From assembly GCA_963841015.1 (NCBI GenBank), contig CAWJAX010000003.1:768001-832000 (forward strand): a stretch of DNA of 64,000 bases. The letters are read 5' to 3'. Shown here piece by piece: positions 21,988-33,594 of the stretch. The notes under the pieces are model-generated. The model ran no database searches, was not told where the DNA came from, and was given only the letters and a program-made list of their open reading frames with translations. Positions within the stretch are counted from its first letter, which is position 1. Each line of letters starts with the position of its first letter. The position numbers were made by a program, and so were the translations under genes. This stretch comes from an uncultured Methanoregulaceae archaeon. Lineage in GTDB: Archaea; Halobacteriota; Methanomicrobia; Methanomicrobiales; Methanospirillaceae.

Positions 21988-24098
21988 ATGGATAAAAACC
22001 CGGACCTGCACGATAATGATACGACAGAAAACTGGAGCAGATTATTAAAAAGCAAATATAAAAAAGAGATTGGAGAGATCTCCCGTGAATATCCCCACAA
22101 ACGTTCCCTTTACATAGACTACCGTGACGTGGAACGGTTTGGAAAAGCCGGGATAGCACTCGCCGACGAACTTCTGGAAAATCCCGGTAAGGTTCTTGAA
22201 GACGTCTGGGACGCAATAAAAAGCGGCCAGCTGATACGAATCAAGGATGGAAAAGAACCCAGGGGTATCAATATCAGGTTCACCAATCTCCCAAAAAAAG
22301 TTGGTATCCGTAATATCAGATCCGATGACATCAACAAATTCCTCTCAGTCGAAGGTATCCTTCGCAAGACCACAGAAGTCAGGCCGCGGGTCATTGAAGC
22401 AGCATTCAAATGCCCTGCAGGACATTTCACCATTAAAAAGCAGAAATACGGGAAATTCATTGAGCCGGAGGGGTGTGCAACTGACGGGTGTTCATTCAAG
22501 AAACTGGAGTTATTACCCAAACGCTCGAAGTTTGTCGATTCCCAGAAACTGCGGATACAGGAGTCTCCCGAGGGGCTCCGGGGGGAGAGCAACCCCAGAC
22601 ACTTGATGTGGATGTAACTGATGACCTGTCCGGCAAGGTCGCACCCGGAGACCGGGTGGTGATCAACGGTATTCTCCGTTCAATGCAGCGGATAGTAAGG
22701 GGTGAAAAGAGCACCGTCTTTGACATTTTTCTGGAGTGCAATTCCATCGAAATCGCCGAGAAGGAGTTTGAAGAGGTGGAGATCGACGAGAAAGATGAGG
22801 ATGAGATCAAAACGCTGAGCAGCGATCCCATGATCTACCGGAAGATCACCCACTCAATTGCACCCACCATTTACGGAAGCGAGGATGTCAAAGAGGCAAT
22901 CGCCCTCCAGCTTTTCGGGGGCATTGCAAAAGAGATGCCGGATGGCAGCCACCTTCGTGGCGATATCCACGTATTGCTTATAGGGGACCCGGGTATTGCA
23001 AAAAGTCAGCTGCTCCGGTATGTTGTGAAGCTGTCACCCCGGGCAATCTATACCAGCGGTCAGTCCTCGACCTCGGCCGGTTTAACAGCCACCGCTGTCA
23101 AGGATGAATTTGGTGAAGGGCGCTGGACCCTGGAAGCAGGTGCCCTCGTTCTGGCAGATATGGGAGTTTGTGCGGTTGATGAAATGGATAAAATGCAGAA
23201 AGAAGACCGGTCTGCTCTGCATGAGGCAATGGAGCAACAATCCATCAGTGTCGCGAAGGCCGGGATAACTGCCACGCTCAAATCGCGCTGCGCCCTGCTC
23301 GGTGCAGCAAATCCCAAATACGGGAGGTTCGACATGTATGGAGATATTTCCGACCAGATCAATATGCCCCCCTCCCTGCTTTCCCGTTTTGATCTCATAT
23401 TCATCATGACTGACCAGCCCGAACAGAAGCGTGACCTTGCTATTGCTGAACATATCCTCAAATCGCATGGAATCGGGGAACTGATTGCCCAGCACAGGAA
23501 GACACCGATCCCGGGTATTACTGATGAATACATCCAGCAACAGCTCAAACCGGTCATGCCGGATATCGATCCCCCGCTCTTCCGCAAGTATGTCGCGTAT
23601 TCAAAACGATCCTGTTTCCCCATACTTTCCCTGGAGGCAAAGGAAGCACTTGTCAGTTATTACCTTAAGCTCAGGGGGATTGCCGAGCCAAACAAGCCGG
23701 TCCCGGTAACAGCCCGGCAACTTGAGGCGCTTGTCAGGCTTGCAGAGGCAAGCGCACGGATACGTCTCTCGGATTCCATCGAAAAACATGATGCTGAACG
23801 GGTAATCCATATCGTTGACGCCTGTCTGCGCCAGATTGCCTATGATGCAAGGACCGGCAGCTTTGATATTGATAAGATAGCCACAGGTATTTCCAAGGAA
23901 AAACGCGATATTGTCCGTGTGATAAAAGACGCCATCCGTGACATTGGCGGGGAAGGAAGACGTGCTTCAAAGGATCAGGTAGTGGATCTCGTAGTGTCAA
24001 AAGGGTTTTCGCGGGATAAAGTTGAATCGGGAATCGATATGCTCGTGCGATCTGGAGAGGCAATGGAACCCAAACTGGGTATCCTGCAGCTGATTTGA
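21988..24098 (+). CDS. mcm: MCM replicative helicase; -1 indel in a G run at ~22580
   Basis: Zn finger [38 protein letters not shown]. Confidence 0.95.
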
Positions 24099-24110
24099 GA
24101 GTGTAAGACC

Positions 24111-24464
24111 ATGATGACTGATCGGGATCGGGCAATTTTCGAAGCCGGAATAAAGCTGGGTGCACTCTACCACCAGTGGGTAGGCACACCCATTTCTCGG
24201 AAATCTGCAGCAGGTGTTGAGAGCGCTATTGAACAGGCAGTGATCCTCCAGCCATATGTAGAAGTGATCACGGTCAGGCTTGATCGTAACCTTATGACAG
24301 AAAATACATTCGGGTACAGTGAACTGACCGGACTCATGTTCGATGTGGAAATCGTAACACGTGTCGGGTTTACCTATTGCAGGGCACGACTTGCTCCTCT
24401 GGATGGTTATCCCCTCATGCAGATTGTGGAGTGTTATGCAATTACCGAAATTTCCCGTCACTGA
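24111..24464 (+). CDS. mptD: Archaeal dihydroneopterin aldolase
   Basis: AIFEAGIKLGALYHQWVGTP, GYSEL, YPLM. Confidence 0.85.
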   Translation: MMTDRDRAIFEAGIKLGALYHQWVGTPISRKSAAGVESAIEQAVILQPYVEVITVRLDRNLMTENTFGYSELTGLMFDVEIVTRVGFTYCRARLAPLDGYPLMQIVECYAITEISRH

Positions 24465-25263
24465 TGATCATATCCACATTGACCCGGTGAACGGAAGAGG
24501 GATAGAGGCTGCAAAAGATTTTTTACGGGCTGGGGGGACACATATCTTTCTTGTCTCAAAACCTTCATGGTCACTTTCCCTGTATCCCTCGTGCGGTGCT
24601 GACTATACAACAGTTTTTGATGAAACACTCCGCGTTGCAGGGCTGATTGAAGAGATTGGTGTTGTCGTTTATCCGGTCCTTGGAGTTCATCCTGCTGAAG
24701 TCAGCAGGCTTTCTGAACGTATGACATTACCAGAAGCTGCTGATATTATGAAAGCCGGTATTGACTGTGCGGCAGCATACATAAAGGCAGGAAAAGCAGT
24801 TGCCCTGAAGAGCGGTAGACCCCACTATGAAGTGAGCCCGGAAGTCTGGACTGCATCCAATGACATTCTTACCCATGCCCTGAACTGTGCTGCCGAATGC
24901 AGGTGTGCATTACAAATCCATGCTGAAAGTGGTCCATGCACCGATGTTTCAGGGATGGCACGAAATGCAGGTTTCCCGGTAGAACGTGTGGTAAAGCACT
25001 ACGGTTCACCCGATACTCCTCTCCATCCTTCGCTCATCGCAAAACACGAAGCCATACCTCAGCTGACACGCGAACGCCGGCCATTTACCATGGAGAGTGA
25101 TTTTATGGATGAGAACTCAAGACCCGGGGCGGTAATCGGCCCAAAATCGGTACCAAGGTATACGTACCAGCTGCTCCGGGATGGCCTGATAACCGAAGAG
25201 GACTGCTTCCGGATCCATGCCGAAACAGTCGGAAGAGTATATGGCGTGAGGATCACACTGTAA
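24436..25263 (+). CDS. TatD-related metal-dependent hydrolase
   Basis: DDHIH, GVHPAE, GRPHY, QIHAE, ESDF...RPGAVIGP. Confidence 0.85.
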   Translation: MQLPKFPVTDDHIHIDPVNGRGIEAAKDFLRAGGTHIFLVSKPSWSLSLYPSCGADYTTVFDETLRVAGLIEEIGVVVYPVLGVHPAEVSRLSERMTLPEAADIMKAGIDCAAAYIKAGKAVALKSGRPHYEVSPEVWTASNDILTHALNCAAECRCALQIHAESGPCTDVSGMARNAGFPVERVVKHYGSPDTPLHPSLIAKHEAIPQLTRERRPFTMESDFMDENSRPGAVIGPKSVPRYTYQLLRDGLITEEDCFRIHAETVGRVYGVRITL

Positions 25264-25312
25264 AAAGTGTTCCAACTCACCTTTTTTATTCCCCACCACC
25301 AATAAGTATTCA

Positions 25313-25606
25313 ATGTTTTTGAAAGTTCATTGTTCACCGGGTACGGGTGATATCGTAGCCGTGTGCGATCGCGAATTGCTGAACACCACCATCAGTAACG
25401 GCGAGCTTTCTGTTCAAATAACTGAAGGGTTCTACGGCAACACACCTGCCACTGAAGAAATGGTGCGAACCGCATTAAAAAAAGCAGGTAACATCAACCT
25501 GATGGGTAAACGTTCGGTGAGTATTGCGATTGAGATGGGGCTGGTAACTCCCTCAGGTTGTATAATGATCGGGGATATCCCCCATGCACAGGTCTACTCG
25601 CTATGA
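25313..25606 (+). CDS. DUF424 family protein
   Basis: VAVCDRELL, FYG, INLMG, IGDIPHAQ. Confidence 0.8.
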   Translation: MFLKVHCSPGTGDIVAVCDRELLNTTISNGELSVQITEGFYGNTPATEEMVRTALKKAGNINLMGKRSVSIAIEMGLVTPSGCIMIGDIPHAQVYSL

Positions 25607-26643
25607 GTATCCAGGATTGTTTCTGCCCGAAATGCGGAAAATCGTCGGAACATGAGGGGCTCTGCAACCTTTGCAGGATCGGAAATACTCCCTGGTTTAC
25701 CTGTGACCGGCGTGTGAAGAGCACCCATTGTCCGAGCTGTGGTGCACTAAAACAGGTAAACACCTGGACAGACACCACACGGGAACGGGGTGGATTGGCA
25801 CCTGAGCTCGCAAAGGCTGCCGTCCACTTCCACCCGGATGTCCGGAAACCATCAATGGTTGTGAAGGTAGAGGATAATACCCTTAACCGCTCAACGGCAA
25901 CAATTGACGTGAAGGGATTGCTCTACAATACGCCCGTTGAAGGCACCTGCAGCGTTGAACTCATATGGCATAAAGAACAATGCGACCGCTGTAACAGGAT
26001 CAGCGGGAGTTATTATGAGGGGATTGTTCAGGTCCGTGCTTATGGGCGACTCCCCAGTACTTTTGAACTGCAGATGTCAGCAGGAATCGCGCAACAGGTA
26101 GAAGATTCCCTGCAGGCAGGGGGGGAACGGCTTTCATTTATCGTAGATATGAACGAAACCCGGGAAGGTCTGGATATAACCGTTGGATCACAGCATATCG
26201 GGACGCTTATCTCTCAGGGAATAATCGCACAGCTCGGAGGCAGGTTCACCACCCATCCAAAACTGGTAGGGGAAAAAAACGGGAGGCAGCTGTTCCGTAT
26301 CACCTACTCGGTCCGCCTCCCACGGTTCCAGAAGCAGGATGTGGTACTGAGCCATGGCCGGTATTTTGAAGTGGTTCGGGTTGAGTCAAACCATCTTAAA
26401 GTTCTTGATCTTACTGAGGGTATACCACGTGCGGTACGTGAAGAGGATGTTGAACGCCTCGTAGGAAATTTACGGGATGCTGAGTCCGCACTGGTGGCAT
26501 TTGCTGATGCCGGTATCATGGGCATTCTTGATCCTGAAACATGTCAGACAAAAGAGTTCAGGAAACTGAAATGGCTTGATGTCAAAGCCGGGCAACACGT
26601 TCTTGTCCTTCGTGATGGTGATCATCTCGTTGTGGTAGGGTAA
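25603..26643 (+). CDS. NMD3-family ribosome biogenesis protein
   Basis: FCPKCG, CxxC pairs, CDRC...YYEGIVQVR. Confidence 0.88.
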   Translation: MSIQDCFCPKCGKSSEHEGLCNLCRIGNTPWFTCDRRVKSTHCPSCGALKQVNTWTDTTRERGGLAPELAKAAVHFHPDVRKPSMVVKVEDNTLNRSTATIDVKGLLYNTPVEGTCSVELIWHKEQCDRCNRISGSYYEGIVQVRAYGRLPSTFELQMSAGIAQQVEDSLQAGGERLSFIVDMNETREGLDITVGSQHIGTLISQGIIAQLGGRFTTHPKLVGEKNGRQLFRITYSVRLPRFQKQDVVLSHGRYFEVVRVESNHLKVLDLTEGIPRAVREEDVERLVGNLRDAESALVAFADAGIMGILDPETCQTKEFRKLKWLDVKAGQHVLVLRDGDHLVVVG

Positions 26644-26647
26644 AAAA

Positions 26648-27526
26648 ATGCGGGTAAGAGCAGTCCCAAAGGATAAACTCAGAGAGATCTGCAATGAGAG
26701 ATGGGTAGACCTCACGCGGAGACCATATACCGAGGGGAATATTGCGTGGGTACCTGTAAGGGATGAAGATACCTGCGAACGCGAGATTCCCCCGCGAATC
26801 CGGTACAAGGGTAAAGGTTTTTTTATGATCGGTGACGTTGCAGTCATCCGTGGTAAAAAACCCCTCGGGGAAGAAGTTGATGAAATCGTAGGTTTCCGTC
26901 ACCCTAGGGGGGTCCTCTGGATTGAATCCCTTCAAGATGCAACACGAACCCCCAGAACTCAAATTCTCTGGGGAGATGCCGGAGAAGTTGAACATCACGA
27001 GAACGGATATACCTATTTTCTTGATCCCGGTAAAGTGATGTTTTCACCGGGAAACCGAAGCGAAAAAATGCGGATTGCACAGATTGTGCGTAGAAGTGAG
27101 AAAGATGAAAAAGTAGCTGATATGTTTGCCGGTATCGGATATTTTACCATACCAATAGCTGGCAGCGGCGCCACGGTTCATGCGATGGAGGTCAATCCGG
27201 TCGCATTCGAATACCTGAAAAGGAATGTTCGCGAGAATCACCTTGTTGGTCGGGTTAAATGTTCATTGGGAGATTGCAGGAATCTTTTAACCGGAACCTA
27301 TGACCGGATCGTGATGGGGCATTTTGATGCCATTTCAATGCTTCAGTCAGCACTTTTACACGTGCATGAAGGGAGCATCATTCACCTTCATAGTATCGGC
27401 ACGGTAGAGGACCGCATAAAAGAGCAGGTTAAGGGCACAGGTTTTTCTGCATCCATTCACGTACATAAAGTCAAGAAGTACCGCCCACATGCCTGGCACG
27501 TGGTGCAGGACGTGACAATTTCATGA
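26648..27526 (+). CDS. Trm5/TYW2 (Taw2)-family SAM-dependent tRNA-modifying transferase
   Basis: ENGY...KVMFSPGN..EK, DMFAGIGYF, EVNP, VKKYRP. Confidence 0.85.
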   Translation: MRVRAVPKDKLREICNERWVDLTRRPYTEGNIAWVPVRDEDTCEREIPPRIRYKGKGFFMIGDVAVIRGKKPLGEEVDEIVGFRHPRGVLWIESLQDATRTPRTQILWGDAGEVEHHENGYTYFLDPGKVMFSPGNRSEKMRIAQIVRRSEKDEKVADMFAGIGYFTIPIAGSGATVHAMEVNPVAFEYLKRNVRENHLVGRVKCSLGDCRNLLTGTYDRIVMGHFDAISMLQSALLHVHEGSIIHLHSIGTVEDRIKEQVKGTGFSASIHVHKVKKYRPHAWHVVQDVTIS

Positions 27527-28671
27527 CCGGAGTCCAAACGCTTGCCGGAAAACAGATAGTAGTCGCTGTGACCGGAAGTATCGCTGCTGTCGAAGTGGTT
27601 AAACTGATACATTCACTTCGCAGGTGTGGAGCGGTAGTTCAGCCGGTAATGAGTCACGCAGCGTCATGTATAATCCAGCCGGATGCGCTGACATATGCCA
27701 GCGGAAGAGAAACCATCACCAGGTTGTCCGGCTGGGTCGAGCACATAACCTATTGCGGGGAGGGGGGGAGTGCCGATCTTTTACTGATTGCTCCCTGCAC
27801 AGCAAACACGATCAGTAAAATCGCCTGTGGAATTGATGATACTCCGGTGACAACCTTTACCACAACAGCACTTGGCAGCCAAATCCCCATCATCGTAGTA
27901 CCTGCAATGCACTACAGCATGTATCGCCACCCCGCAGTTATCGAAAACATCTCAAAACTAAAAACATGGGGTGTGGAGATCGTTGATCCCCGGATTGAAG
28001 AAGGCAAAGCAAAGATTGCAGACAACGAAGAGATTGTCCTCCGCTGCGAGCGTGCAGTCCTTGGAACAGCACTTTCAGGAAAAAAAGTACTTATTACCAG
28101 CGGGCCATGCCGGGAACCGGTTGATGACATCCGCATACTGACAACACGGTCCAGCGGACAGATGGGAAAAGCCCTTGCACTCCAGGCTTTCCGGCTGGGT
28201 GCTGAGGTTACCGTAATACACCGGGATGCCTTTCCCTGCGTGAACAATATTTTTGTGGAAACCGCAGATGAAATGCGATGTGCGGTGCACCGCTGTTTCT
28301 CAGAGAGTGGTGCAGATATCTACATCAGTGCTGCGGCAATTTCTGATTTTGCACCGAAAAGAGTGAAAGGGAAAATCCCGAGCGGTAAACCGGTGAATCT
28401 TTTCCTGGAACAGCTACCAAAAGTACTTTTGGAAGTAATAGAGCAATACGATTCTCTGATCATTGCATTCAAACTGGGCAGGACACCGAAAAAGATGGCA
28501 AAAAAAATGATAAGCCAGGGTATTGCAATGGTGCTGATGAACGCACCGGAAAGCATGGGAAGCGATCACGGTGAATATATGCTCATGACCCAAAACGGAG
28601 AATTTCCGTTGAATGGTACAAAGGAAGAGATCGCCAATGCGATATGGAATGCCGTTATTTTAGTAATTTAA
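27523..28671 (+). CDS. coaBC: Phosphopantothenoylcysteine decarboxylase/ligase
   Basis: TGSIAA, APCTANT, PAMH, ITSGP..EPVD, SSGQMG, AAISDF. Confidence 0.93.
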   Translation: MTGVQTLAGKQIVVAVTGSIAAVEVVKLIHSLRRCGAVVQPVMSHAASCIIQPDALTYASGRETITRLSGWVEHITYCGEGGSADLLLIAPCTANTISKIACGIDDTPVTTFTTTALGSQIPIIVVPAMHYSMYRHPAVIENISKLKTWGVEIVDPRIEEGKAKIADNEEIVLRCERAVLGTALSGKKVLITSGPCREPVDDIRILTTRSSGQMGKALALQAFRLGAEVTVIHRDAFPCVNNIFVETADEMRCAVHRCFSESGADIYISAAAISDFAPKRVKGKIPSGKPVNLFLEQLPKVLLEVIEQYDSLIIAFKLGRTPKKMAKKMISQGIAMVLMNAPESMGSDHGEYMLMTQNGEFPLNGTKEEIANAIWNAVILVI

Positions 28672-28881
28672 GCAAAATTAAAAGTCTCATCCTGATTCCA
28701 TGTAAGAGAAAAAATAATCCCCTTATTATCACTTGCGTGATAGTTTGGATCCTTTTTACAGGAAAATGTTCAGGGTTGTTTTCATCGCTTAAAAAATTTA
28801 TTGAACTGATACAGGAATCCACACCGGGATTCTTTAAAGAGGAAAAACGCCCTATCTTCATATTAAATCGTGCACATACCC

Positions 28882-29749
28882 ATGAAGCCAGATCCTGTTG
28901 TTGCATTCTGTCCGGGTCATATTTCCGGTTATTTCAAGAAAATTTTAGGAGATACTATCACAACCACGGGGAGTATCGGCGCCGGGATTGTCATCAGCGA
29001 AGGAGTTACGGCAACTGTTGAACCCTCCGACAGAATATCGATTTGTATACGACGGAAAAGTTCCCCGAAAACATCATTTGAGGTTTCTTCTGGATCACCA
29101 TTGCTGGAGCATGTCTTGGAACATCTTAACCTGACTGCATCTGTTACCACGGAATGTGCCCTGCCGATTGGTGCCGGATTCGGGCTTTCTGCTGCAGCAC
29201 TGCTTGCCACACTCACTGCCCTTAACCATCTTTTTGATCGGGGAATGAATGCTGAGGAAATCGCACAGTGTGCCCACGCAGCAGAGGTAACCCACAGGAC
29301 CGGGCTTGGCGATGTTGCAGCATGCCAGGGGGGAGGTAGAGTCGTACCGATCCGGCCCGGGGATCCATGGATTGATTGAACGGAGATATGACATGCCTGA
29401 ACCATTGTATGCAGTAAGTTTTGGACCAATTCATACTCCGACAGTCCTGGGATCATCAGCACAAATGGAACTCGCATCCTCCGCTTTTCCTACAACAACT
29501 CCGGGAAATCTCGAGGATTTTTTTCTTCTCTCGCGGCTTTTTGCCCAGCAGAGCGGCCTTATGACACCAGAGGCCCTAAATGTTATCAGGAAGTGTGATG
29601 CAGCAGGGATACCATCGAGTATGACAATGCTTGGCAATGGTGTTTTTGCATATGGCCGGAAAGCAAGGGAAATACTTCTGGCCTTTGGTCATGTATATGA
29701 ATTTCATGTTTCGGCGACAGGTGCACATATTGTGGAGGACCTGCCATGA
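28882..29749 (+). CDS. Pantoate kinase (GHMP family); +1 indel at 29348
   Basis: PGHISGYF, GSIGAG, PIGAGFGLSAA, TGLGDV, SMTMLGNGVF. Confidence 0.9.
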
Positions 29750-30477
29750 TACCTGTTGATCACCCCCGCTATCGCTCGCTTGTTACCCGTGAACGTTTGG
29801 CGGATTGTGCAAAAAAGGGAATTGTTGCATGGGAGGGGCTCACCGCCCATGGGCGTGGGGAAGCATTTGATTATATCATTGGAGAGAGGACTACCGGAAG
29901 TGCCCTGATGGCCGAGAGGACGGCCGCCGCAATGCTCCTGATGGCAAACCACCCGGTCATCTCGGTGAACGGCAATACTGCGGCACTTGCAGCGCATGAA
30001 ATTTCTGCATTGCAAAAGGCATGCGGAGCCTGCGTTGAGGTGAACCTTTTCCACCGGACAGAGGCACGTGTGATCATGATAGAGGACCTTCTCCGTGAAG
30101 CAGGAGTCGATGTGTTCTCTGGCGACGCGGAGCAGTTACTGCCACTTTCCCATGACCGGGCCTGGTGCCGGCGTGAGGGCATGTTCTCTGCGGATGTCGT
30201 ACTGGTACCTCTTGAGGATGGAGACCGATGTGAAGCTCTTGTCGCCATGGGAAAGACGGTGATTGCTATTGATCTCAACCCTCTCTCACGTACCGCTCGA
30301 TCTGCAACCCTGACTATCGTTGACGAACTCACTCGTGCACTTCCCCAGATAACCTACGCCTGCAGAGAGATTTCTGAGCCGGAAAAAAAGAGTCTCATCA
30401 GTTCGGTTGACAATCATTATCTTTTGTCAGAAGCAATACGTGAGATGACTGATAGGTTGTCCCATGCTCTGGATTGA
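29746..30477 (+). CDS. Phosphopantothenate synthetase (4-phosphopantoate--beta-alanine ligase)
   Basis: HPRYRSL, AHGRGEAFDY, SVNGN, VPLEDGDR, IDLNPLSRT. Confidence 0.93.
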   Translation: MIPVDHPRYRSLVTRERLADCAKKGIVAWEGLTAHGRGEAFDYIIGERTTGSALMAERTAAAMLLMANHPVISVNGNTAALAAHEISALQKACGACVEVNLFHRTEARVIMIEDLLREAGVDVFSGDAEQLLPLSHDRAWCRREGMFSADVVLVPLEDGDRCEALVAMGKTVIAIDLNPLSRTARSATLTIVDELTRALPQITYACREISEPEKKSLISSVDNHYLLSEAIREMTDRLSHALD

Positions 30478-31459
30478 GAAATACCACCCAAAAAAACTTA
30501 CCGACATCCTCGGGCAGGATCCGGCAATCCGGCACCTTTCCTCCTTTGCTGCATCCAAAAGCGTTCCCCACCTGATTCTTTCCGGACCGCATGGGACCGG
30601 GAAAAGTGCGGCGATTGAATGCTTCGCCAGGATGCTGTATGAGGAAAACTGGGAATTAAATACCTCGGTTTTCCAGACAGCTGACCTCTTTTTACAGGGA
30701 AAAGCGTACCTTGAACAGGACGATCGATATGCCCATCTCTACCAGAAAAACCAGTCCCTGATTACCAATTTTAAGTATATTGTAAAGTGGTATGCTTCAC
30801 TCCGTCCGCTTGATACGGAATTCAAACTGATGGTTTTTGAAGATGCCCATGCACTTACCAAGGACGCCCAGCAGGCGTTGCGGAGGATTATGGAGCGTAC
30901 AAGCACAACCTCCCGGTTTATCTTTTCAACAACGAACCAGAGTGCTCTCATCCCTCCTGTCACATCCCGCTGCCTTCCACTCTTCTTTTTGCCTGTGGAC
31001 GAGAATGTCCTGCTCAGCCATCTGCGAACGATCAGAGAAAGGGAAAATTCAGGAAGGCATTCCTGTTCTGATGATGATCTTGACCTGATCGCACAGGTAG
31101 CCCGTGGAGATATGCGCCGGGCAATCCTGCTTCTTCAGGTTGCTCTTGAAGCAGGACGTTGCCAGGATCTCTTTGCAATTGCCCAGTCAGAAACAGCAAA
31201 CGTAACCGCATCTGCCATTGAGGCTCTCAAAAAAGGAGATGTTCGTAATGCAATCCGCCGATTTGAGGCCCTGATGATTGACTACGGACTTACCGGCAGT
31301 GAAGTCTTCTCTGAAATTCGTACCATAATGCAGCGGGAGTATAATGATCCCGCTCTTGCTATAGCGCTTGCTGATGCCGAGTTCCGTATACATCATGGAA
31401 ATAACGAATTTGTCCATGTTGGAGCATTTGTCTCCGGAATCCGTGAGGTCTTCACATGA
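30464..31459 (+). CDS. Second, divergent replication factor C small subunit
   Basis: LWIEKYHP, GPHGTGKS, FEDAH, QQALRRIME, SRC, GDMRRAI. Confidence 0.88.
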   Translation: MLWIEKYHPKKLTDILGQDPAIRHLSSFAASKSVPHLILSGPHGTGKSAAIECFARMLYEENWELNTSVFQTADLFLQGKAYLEQDDRYAHLYQKNQSLITNFKYIVKWYASLRPLDTEFKLMVFEDAHALTKDAQQALRRIMERTSTTSRFIFSTTNQSALIPPVTSRCLPLFFLPVDENVLLSHLRTIRERENSGRHSCSDDDLDLIAQVARGDMRRAILLLQVALEAGRCQDLFAIAQSETANVTASAIEALKKGDVRNAIRRFEALMIDYGLTGSEVFSEIRTIMQREYNDPALAIALADAEFRIHHGNNEFVHVGAFVSGIREVFT

Positions 31460-32187
31460 GGGGTTCCGGGCAGAAGAAAATCCAGGAGCATTACGATAAC
31501 GTTGCCGATACCTATGATCACCATTATGACAAGCCACGGGGACGATGCTATCATACCCATATAAGCTCCTCTATCATGAGTGCACTCCCAAAAGGCGGAA
31601 AACTCCTTGATATCGGGTGTGGGACAGGCCTCTTTGTTGAGAGATATCTTGATTCCGGTGGTAGTGCCATAGGACTTGATATCAGCAGCAAAATGATCGA
31701 AAAGGCACGATACCGGTGCACAGCGTGTGATTACGCCCTCGGGACCGGTGAAAGAATCCCATTTTGTGATAATTCATTTGATGCGGTTTCCAGTCTGCTT
31801 GTATTCAGTTATATTAAAGATCCCGAAACGATGTTGAACGAATCATACCGGGTCTTAAAGCCCGGGGGTAAAATCGCAATCTGCACGCTCGGAAAGAAAC
31901 TCCTTACCCGGGGAATCCCGGCCATTTACCAGATCAGCGAAAAAATGAACGTAAACCATGTCGTTATGAAGGATTTCGGGGAGCACTATTATGACCGGAA
32001 AGAAATGGAGGATCTCTTTACATTTGCTGGTTTTTCAGATATTGTGGTCACATGGTGTTCTTTTGCCCATATTGACATGATCGATCCACTCTTCATGGTT
32101 GCCCGGAAGATTGAACCATTTGTTGAGAAGCGCGTTCCCCAGCTTGCCTATAACATCTGTGTAAGCGGGAAAAAACCTCGAATTTAA
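31456..32187 (+). CDS. Class I SAM-dependent methyltransferase (UbiE/type 11-like)
   Basis: LLDIGCGTG, PFCDNSFD, RVLKPGG. Confidence 0.88.
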   Translation: MRGSGQKKIQEHYDNVADTYDHHYDKPRGRCYHTHISSSIMSALPKGGKLLDIGCGTGLFVERYLDSGGSAIGLDISSKMIEKARYRCTACDYALGTGERIPFCDNSFDAVSSLLVFSYIKDPETMLNESYRVLKPGGKIAICTLGKKLLTRGIPAIYQISEKMNVNHVVMKDFGEHYYDRKEMEDLFTFAGFSDIVVTWCSFAHIDMIDPLFMVARKIEPFVEKRVPQLAYNICVSGKKPRI

Positions 32188-32192
32188 AAAAG

Positions 32193-33527
32193 TTACAGGG
32201 ATTGTTTCTTCCCGATCAGTTTCTTTAAGACGCGTTGTTTTTTCTGTATAGCAGCTTCCGAAGCACGCAAAACGCCTTTTTTCATATCCTCAAAATCGCG
32301 CTTTTGCGTGTCGACTATCTTTTTTACGGGGGTATATGCAGATTCCCGGAACCTGGGTGAAAAATCACATTCCTTCCCGTCAACCATAAGAACCGATTCG
32401 GGTTTTCCCTTTTCAACATACCCGATTTCATGCATCATCACACCCGCAGATTTCACTACCCGGCAGATCTCTGCTGATACTTCGGGGGGTGCGACAATGA
32501 GGAGGGCATCGAGGGATACCCCCAGATAATCGATCTGTAATGCTTCGAGCATTGCCCGAACATGGCGTTCCACCAGACTCCCTGTCGCATTTTCATCAAT
32601 AATGATACGGCATCCGGCAGTCTCTGCCATCTCAAACGCATCGCCCCGCAATCCGCCATTCGTTACATCGGTCATAGCGTGGACCTGCAGGAATACATCA
32701 CTCTTCATGAGAGTTTCACAGGCTGCAAGAAAATTTAGATTAATGGTCTGCTCCACAACTTCGGGAAATCCTGAATATATTGCAGCAGTTGCAATAGTCC
32801 CTCCGCCAGCACCCTCAGACATCAGCAGGACATCCCCCGGCTTCGTTGATTTCCGGGCAGTGAGGTGTTTTGCGACACCCACTGCCCCCACGCATCCGGT
32901 CAGCCTGCTCCCAAGCACCATATCGCCACCGATACGGAGAGTAGAACCAGTGACAAGAGGCACCCCCATCGCTTCACCAACAGTCGTGATACCGGCAGTG
33001 TAATCAAATATCTTGGCCACATCACCATCATCAGCTACATGAATATCTGAAAAGAGCATGATCGGTTTCGCACCCATTACATAGACATCCCGGAGTGTTG
33101 CGCGGGTTACATGGAATCCGGCAAGGAATGGATAATCGGAAAGACGGGAGTGCATTCCGTCAACAGTACAAATGATATAGTTTCCTCCGGCAGATACCGC
33201 ACCGGCGTCATCCATTTCATCTACTCCGACCGATGCCGAGGTTTTACCAATTATGCGGGCTATCTGGCGATGGGCAAAAAAATCCCCCTTTCCCCGGGAT
33301 CCAACACCAAACTCCCCCATGTGTACACCAGCAGGTACAAGTTCAAAAAAATCACCTGTCAGACCACGGGTATTCTTCACTTCCTCAATCACTGCATGGG
33401 CTAAAGCGGATGCATAGGAAGGCTGTACGTTTTTAATTTCAAGGATCTGATCAGCCAGGCTTTTTTGTAAGGCATCTTCATCTGTCCCGACAACGAGTCG
33501 TTTACGAACATATTCCTCAACATCCAT
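32193..33527 (-). CDS. AIR synthase (PurM/ThiL-fold)-related protein
   Basis: GVGSRGKGDF, DDAG, DGMHSRLS, AMTDVTNGGLRGD. Confidence 0.85.
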   Translation of the reverse strand: MDVEEYVRKRLVVGTDEDALQKSLADQILEIKNVQPSYASALAHAVIEEVKNTRGLTGDFFELVPAGVHMGEFGVGSRGKGDFFAHRQIARIIGKTSASVGVDEMDDAGAVSAGGNYIICTVDGMHSRLSDYPFLAGFHVTRATLRDVYVMGAKPIMLFSDIHVADDGDVAKIFDYTAGITTVGEAMGVPLVTGSTLRIGGDMVLGSRLTGCVGAVGVAKHLTARKSTKPGDVLLMSEGAGGGTIATAAIYSGFPEVVEQTINLNFLAACETLMKSDVFLQVHAMTDVTNGGLRGDAFEMAETAGCRIIIDENATGSLVERHVRAMLEALQIDYLGVSLDALLIVAPPEVSAEICRVVKSAGVMMHEIGYVEKGKPESVLMVDGKECDFSPRFRESAYTPVKKIVDTQKRDFEDMKKGVLRASEAAIQKKQRVLKKLIGKKQSL

Positions 33528-33594
33528 AGATTTCTTTACGTGCGAGAACCATAAAAAATGCAGGGAAAAATCTGGCAAAAAAATTATCCGGGTT

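Noticed and set aside
20870-21990. Replication origin near rfc/mcm
   Set aside because: No cdc6/orc1 gene and no ORB-like repeats seen
21988-24098. Inteins in MCM, RFC, Lhr, RtcB or RNA polymerase
   Set aside because: Lengths are normal after frame correction; no intein termini or LAGLIDADG motifs
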